Source of the DNA: an uncultured Verrucomicrobiae bacterium
GTDB taxonomy: Bacteria > Verrucomicrobiota > Verrucomicrobiia > Chthoniobacterales > UBA10450
Length of the DNA stretch: 64,000 nucleotides
NCBI GenBank assembly: GCA_963815455.1
Contig: CAWFGO010000001.1
Location: 1,184,001 to 1,248,000, forward strand
Direction of reading: 5' to 3'
Part shown: piece after piece, positions 59,547-64,000 of the stretch
Layout: each line of letters opens with the position of its first letter
Position numbering within the stretch: position 1 is the stretch's first letter
Position numbers and translations under genes: made by a program
The notes under the pieces: generated by a model
What the model saw: only the letters and a program-made list of their open reading frames with translations
What the model was told of the DNA's origin: nothing
The model's database searches: none

Positions 59547-62006
59547 GTGGAATCAGCAAAGCCAACGCCTAAGCCGCGTCCGATCTGGGCGACATACGGT
59601 GTCGCTCTTTTTAGCGTTGGCGCGGCCATCCTCATTCGCTGGCTGCTCGATCCGTTTTTGCATGACCAGCTCCAACTGCTCACTCTTTACGGCGCAGTGG
59701 CGATGGCGGTTTGGTTTGGCGGGTGGCGACCGGCGCTGTTGGCCAGCATGGCTGGGTACGTCCTCGCCCAATATATTTTTATTTCGCCACGTTATGCGTT
59801 TGATTTCGCGAGCCCGGTTATTTGGGCGGGGTTGATCGGCTATTCGCTCTCGTGCGGGATCATCATTTTTCTGGGCGAAGCGATGCGCCGGGCCCGGGGG
59901 CGCGTGGAAGAGCATAGCTCGCGTTTGGAGCAGGAAATGGCCGAACGCGAGCGGACCGAGCAGGCCCTGGCGGAAAGCGCACGCCGTCGGGAAGTGTTGT
60001 ACAAATTTGTGGAACGCCGCCGTCGCGCGACGTCGTTGAAGGACATTTACGATTCGGCATTGGACGCGATTCTCGGTGCGCTCCGCTGTGATCGCGCCTC
60101 AATTCTGCTTCTGGACGATTCCGGCACAATGCGCTTCACCGCCTGGCGGCATTTGTCCGATGCCTACTGCGAGGCAGTCGATGGTCATTCGCCTTGGAAA
60201 ACAGACGACCCGGAGCCGGAGCCGATTTGGATTGCCGATGTCGCCGATTCGGACCTCGACGTTTCCCTAAAGGCGCTGGTGCGAAGGGAAGGAATCCGTG
60301 CGCTCGCCTTTGTTCCGCTGATCGCCGAAGACCGCCTGATCGGCAAATTCACGATTTACTACAACGCGCCTCATGTTTTCAGCGATGACGAAATCGAACT
60401 AAGCCTGAGCATCGCTCTGCAACTCGCCCTCGGCACGGAGCGCAAGCGCGCGGAAGAACAGTTGCACGCCAACGAGGAGCGGCTGCGGCTGGCTACGCAA
60501 ACCGGCAAGATTGGAATCTGGGAGTGGGACATTCCCAAAAATCGCGTCTCTTGGACCGATTCGCTCTTCGTGATGCACGGCGTAAAGAAGGAAGATTTTA
60601 ACGCCACGGCGGAAGGATTTGCCGCGCTGGTTCATCCGGACGATCGCGAATTTGTTTCCAAAGCCATCGAGCAAACCTTGACCAACGATGCGCCCTATGA
60701 ACTGACATTTCGAGCTTTGCGATCGGATGGGACCGTTGTTTGGCTTTTCACAAACGCCATGGTGGTGCGAGACGGCCAGGAGCCGTTGCGAATGATCGGA
60801 ACGACGACCGATATCACCGAGCTCAAGCAAGCCGAAGAAGCGTTGTCGCGGGCCAAGGGCCAGGCGGAGGAAGCCAACCGCGCCAAGGATCAGTTCCTGG
60901 CTATGTTGTCACACGAACTGCGCACGCCGCTAACGCCAGTTCTGATGACGGCCTCGGCTCTGGAAGGCGACCGCACAATCGCGACCGATCTGCGCGAGCA
61001 GCTCGGCATGATTCGGCGCAACATCGAACTGGAAGCGCGGCTAATCGACGATTTGTTGGACGTAACGCGAATCGCGCACGGAAAATTCGATCTCCGTGAT
61101 GAGACTGTCGATCTTCACGCAGCGATTGAGCACGCCCTCAGCATCTCCGCGTTAGAACTGGAGACAAAGAAACTACACGTCACGAAAAAGCTCGAAGCGA
61201 CCGAGTATCACTGCCGGGGCGACGCGGCCAGACTGCAGGAAGTTTTCTGGAACATTCTGCGCAACGCCGTGAAATTCACGCCCCGGGGCGGCAAGATCGA
61301 CATCTCCACCCGAAACGATGGCGACCACAGCGCGATCATCGAATTCAGCGACAGCGGCATCGGCATCGAGCCGGAATTGCGACCCCGGATCTTCGACGCG
61401 TTTGAGCAGGGCGCACGCGCTCATGGCGTGCGATATGGCGGCCTCGGACTCGGCCTGGCGATTTCGAAACGGATCGTCGATTTGCACAAGGGAAAGATTG
61501 AAGCGCGGAGCCCCGGCCCCGGCCAGGGATCCACGTTCAGCGTAACGCTAAATACCATTCAGGCGCCGCAAGCCCCTGAACGCGCAAAGCCTTTGCCAGC
61601 GAAACATCCAGCCGATGCCGCTCAAATATTGATTGTCGAAGACCACAAGGACACGTCCGATGTTCTGCGCCGGATTTTGGAAAACAGCGGTTACTCAGTA
61701 ACAGTCTGTAACACCACCGAGAAAGCGCGAACCGCCGCCGACAGACGGAAATTCAACCTGGTGATCAGCGATATCGCGCTATCGGACGGAAGTGGCCTCG
61801 ATTTGATGCGCCACTTGAGCGAGGCGCAGGGCCTGAATGGGATCGCGCTGAGCGGCTTCGGCACTCAGGAAGATGTGAGGGCGAGCAAAAAAGCCGGATT
61901 CGCCGCGCACCTGACTAAACCCGTCGATTTGGAACGATTACGCGAGACAATTGTCGAATTGTTAGGGCAAGGGAAGTCTATCGAACCCCAAACAACATCT
62001 CCTTGA
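59547..62006 (+). CDS. Hybrid sensor histidine kinase (DUF4118-GAF-PAS-HisKA-HATPase-REC)
   Basis: Four N-terminal TM, FLAMLSHELRTPL, N and G boxes GGLGLGL, receiver ILIVED...SDI...KP. Confidence 0.95.
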   Translation: MESAKPTPKPRPIWATYGVALFSVGAAILIRWLLDPFLHDQLQLLTLYGAVAMAVWFGGWRPALLASMAGYVLAQYIFISPRYAFDFASPVIWAGLIGYSLSCGIIIFLGEAMRRARGRVEEHSSRLEQEMAERERTEQALAESARRREVLYKFVERRRRATSLKDIYDSALDAILGALRCDRASILLLDDSGTMRFTAWRHLSDAYCEAVDGHSPWKTDDPEPEPIWIADVADSDLDVSLKALVRREGIRALAFVPLIAEDRLIGKFTIYYNAPHVFSDDEIELSLSIALQLALGTERKRAEEQLHANEERLRLATQTGKIGIWEWDIPKNRVSWTDSLFVMHGVKKEDFNATAEGFAALVHPDDREFVSKAIEQTLTNDAPYELTFRALRSDGTVVWLFTNAMVVRDGQEPLRMIGTTTDITELKQAEEALSRAKGQAEEANRAKDQFLAMLSHELRTPLTPVLMTASALEGDRTIATDLREQLGMIRRNIELEARLIDDLLDVTRIAHGKFDLRDETVDLHAAIEHALSISALELETKKLHVTKKLEATEYHCRGDAARLQEVFWNILRNAVKFTPRGGKIDISTRNDGDHSAIIEFSDSGIGIEPELRPRIFDAFEQGARAHGVRYGGLGLGLAISKRIVDLHKGKIEARSPGPGQGSTFSVTLNTIQAPQAPERAKPLPAKHPADAAQILIVEDHKDTSDVLRRILENSGYSVTVCNTTEKARTAADRRKFNLVISDIALSDGSGLDLMRHLSEAQGLNGIALSGFGTQEDVRASKKAGFAAHLTKPVDLERLRETIVELLGQGKSIEPQTTSP

Positions 62007-63468
62007 GCGATATTTGCGCGCTCTCGTGAAAGCGGGCGGCGACCTCCGCCGGTGCGTGATACTTGTGGCAGGTAATGCACTCGGCGACGACTCGGCCTTG
62101 CGGGCTGTGACAATTGACGCAGTTCGCTTTCACCGGCATGAGAATGTCGGACGTGTCCCGGCTTTGCCCGGCGTGATGGCAATAATTGCAATCGAGCGGT
62201 TTTTGCGTGGCCGGCTCGGTCCGGTGTTTGGAATGATCGAACCTTGCCTGCGGCATCCAGCGATCGACCAGGGTCGGTTTGGTCACGAGCGGAGTTGCAT
62301 TCGACACCGGTTTCACTTCGTGGCAAAACGCACAACCGTAGAATGCCGCGCGTGACCGCGGCGCGTTCCCGAGCTGCGGTTTGTAAGGATCGTTCGTAAA
62401 GAAAACCTGGCGCTCGAGTTCTTCGCCGGAACGAACCCGCCCGCGCAACTGCGCCATTTGTTTGGCCGCGAAATCCTGAATCTCGCGCGTGGCCGTCATG
62501 CCTTTCTTCACGGCAAGTTCGGCATATTGGGTCGGCAAAGTTCGCAAAAACGCCCGTACGCCGCTGGCGTTCCCATGGGGAAGGGTCAGCTCCGGATTTT
62601 TCGGATCGAACTGAAGCGAGTGACAAGGCTGGCAATTCGCGGCGAAACTGATTCGCTGCATGTATCGGCCATCGGCATCCGGTCTATGGCAGTAATTGCA
62701 ATCGAGTTTCTGGCCATTCACCAGCGGGATGTCGTTTGCAAAATGGCGCTGATGATTAAATCGAAGCACATCCGGGTCGCGGATTTTCGCCGGACTCTTA
62801 GTTTTTTCGACATTGAGTTGAAATTCCGGATGCGCGCCCCAGAAAGAATCAAAGGTTTGGGTGTAACCTCGACTCGGTCGCGGGAGTTGAAAGACGACCC
62901 TCTGCGCCGGGTGCGGATGTCGATCGAAATTCGCCAGGTCCATTCGCATCCCCTTTTGCGCGGCGGCAGCCATGGTCGCGGAATTGTTGTGACACGACGC
63001 GCACTGCGCGCTGGCCACGGCGTCCATCGGTCCCGGGCCTTTGTGTTCCTGATGACATGCTGAGCACGAGCGATTTTCGATCACGACGGGTTCGTGAAAA
63101 GCGTGCAGTTGATGGCATTTCTCGCATTTTCGATCGATCGAATTGAATGGAACGCCTGCGTGAAAACGTTCGCTCGCGACCTGTTTCATCCTATCCGGCG
63201 TGACCGGTCCGCCGGCAGTGAGCGTTTTATCGTGGCAACTTGCGCACTTGTCGCCGAAGGCGGCGTGCTCGGCCGAAATTTGGCCCACGCTAAAGAACGT
63301 CTCCCGGCCGCGCTTTTGATAAAGCACGATGCCGGCGATTCCGGCAACGATTACGATCAGGCTGGCCGCCATCCGGATGCGGCGCCAGACGTGGAGTCGA
63401 TTGTAATAACCGAGGTTTCCCCCGTAGCGCTGGGAGATTTGTTTTTGGGTTCGGCGCGGCGCGGCCAT
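61978..63468 (-). CDS. Membrane-anchored multiheme (10 CXXCH) cytochrome c
   Basis: CASCH, CEKCH, CSACH, CASCH, CNYCH, CQPCH, CAFCH, CNYCH, CVNCH, CITCH; N-terminal TM. Confidence 0.92.
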   Translation of the reverse strand: MAAPRRTQKQISQRYGGNLGYYNRLHVWRRIRMAASLIVIVAGIAGIVLYQKRGRETFFSVGQISAEHAAFGDKCASCHDKTLTAGGPVTPDRMKQVASERFHAGVPFNSIDRKCEKCHQLHAFHEPVVIENRSCSACHQEHKGPGPMDAVASAQCASCHNNSATMAAAAQKGMRMDLANFDRHPHPAQRVVFQLPRPSRGYTQTFDSFWGAHPEFQLNVEKTKSPAKIRDPDVLRFNHQRHFANDIPLVNGQKLDCNYCHRPDADGRYMQRISFAANCQPCHSLQFDPKNPELTLPHGNASGVRAFLRTLPTQYAELAVKKGMTATREIQDFAAKQMAQLRGRVRSGEELERQVFFTNDPYKPQLGNAPRSRAAFYGCAFCHEVKPVSNATPLVTKPTLVDRWMPQARFDHSKHRTEPATQKPLDCNYCHHAGQSRDTSDILMPVKANCVNCHSPQGRVVAECITCHKYHAPAEVAARFHESAQISLKEMLFGVR

Positions 63469-63481
63469 AATGGGCGCTTAA

Positions 63482-64000
63482 TCAATAATAGAAGAGCGTG
63501 ATGTAGGCGTGCCACGCCGTGAAGAGAATAAGGAAATAAGAAATCGGCACGTGCACGAAAAGCCAGGCGTGCAGCCAATGCTGCAATCGAAGTTGCAAAT
63601 CGAGAGTGCGCCGTTCGTCGCACCACGACTGAATTTCTTCGATGCGCCCACGGTAGAACTCCCCGACTCTCAGTTTCACTACGCGAAAGAGATCTTCGGA
63701 GTACCGATTGTTCCCGAGCCGTAACCGATCGCCACGCCGGGCGGACAGATATGGCAGTATTTCCGTGTCGAGAAATGCGACCAGGACTGCTTCCGAGTCC
63801 ATGTCGCGTTCGGGCGCCGCGGACGAAGCCGCCGCCGGCGCCTCTACGGTCGACTGCGCCGCCGCGCCGCGCTCGCCATTCGCGGCCACGAGATCGGTGG
63901 CGACTGTCGATTCTGTGGCGAATTCCTCGGACGGACCTGCCGCTGATGCGCCGGGGGCAGTCCTTGCCGGCAACGCAGACGCGAACGAATCGCGCATTTC
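63482..64000 (-). CDS. Membrane protein C-terminus (partial), likely partner of the multiheme cytochrome
   Basis: LQHWLHAWLFVHVPIS...AWH C-terminal His-containing TM motif. Confidence 0.75.
   Translation of the reverse strand, partial: EMRDSFASALPARTAPGASAAGPSEEFATESTVATDLVAANGERGAAAQSTVEAPAAASSAAPERDMDSEAVLVAFLDTEILPYLSARRGDRLRLGNNRYSEDLFRVVKLRVGEFYRGRIEEIQSWCDERRTLDLQLRLQHWLHAWLFVHVPISYFLILFTAWHAYITLFYY

Noticed and set aside
61978..62006. Convergent overlap between the kinase and cytochrome genes
   Set aside because: Short 3' overlaps are common and imply no functional link

Overview
GC-rich bacterial chromosomal segment. Gene content (PEP-CTERM protein, dockerin-tailed secreted protein, korAB, treY, gap-pgk-tpiA) suggests a soil verrucomicrobium (Chthoniobacterales/Spartobacteria-like); this is an inference. 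Many single-base frameshifts in essential genes (argS, gap, pgk) look like long-read indel errors. No rRNA, tRNA or CRISPR array was seen. Highlights: (1) an integron cassette array at about 49.4-53.4 kb with an attI-like site, five complete 123-129 bp attC sites, a truncated sixth, and no integrase in the window. (2) Gene-terminus duplications with synonymous divergence, interleaved with small repeats in two of three cases: DUF4870 3' end x3, POT transporter promoter plus 5' end x2, tpiA 5' end x3. (3) A four-helix-bundle (Avd/IVP-like) gene between gap and pgk, bracketed by inverted hexamer microsatellites, with similar empty inverted repeat pairs elsewhere. (4) Dense nested palindromic repeats, several inserted in-frame in housekeeping genes (lysA, argS and others). 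(5) A decaying toxin-antitoxin/defence islet containing an unannotated two-gene module. (6) A class A PBP lacking the SxxK motif, an EF-P with Asn at the loop tip, and a decaheme cytochrome c.
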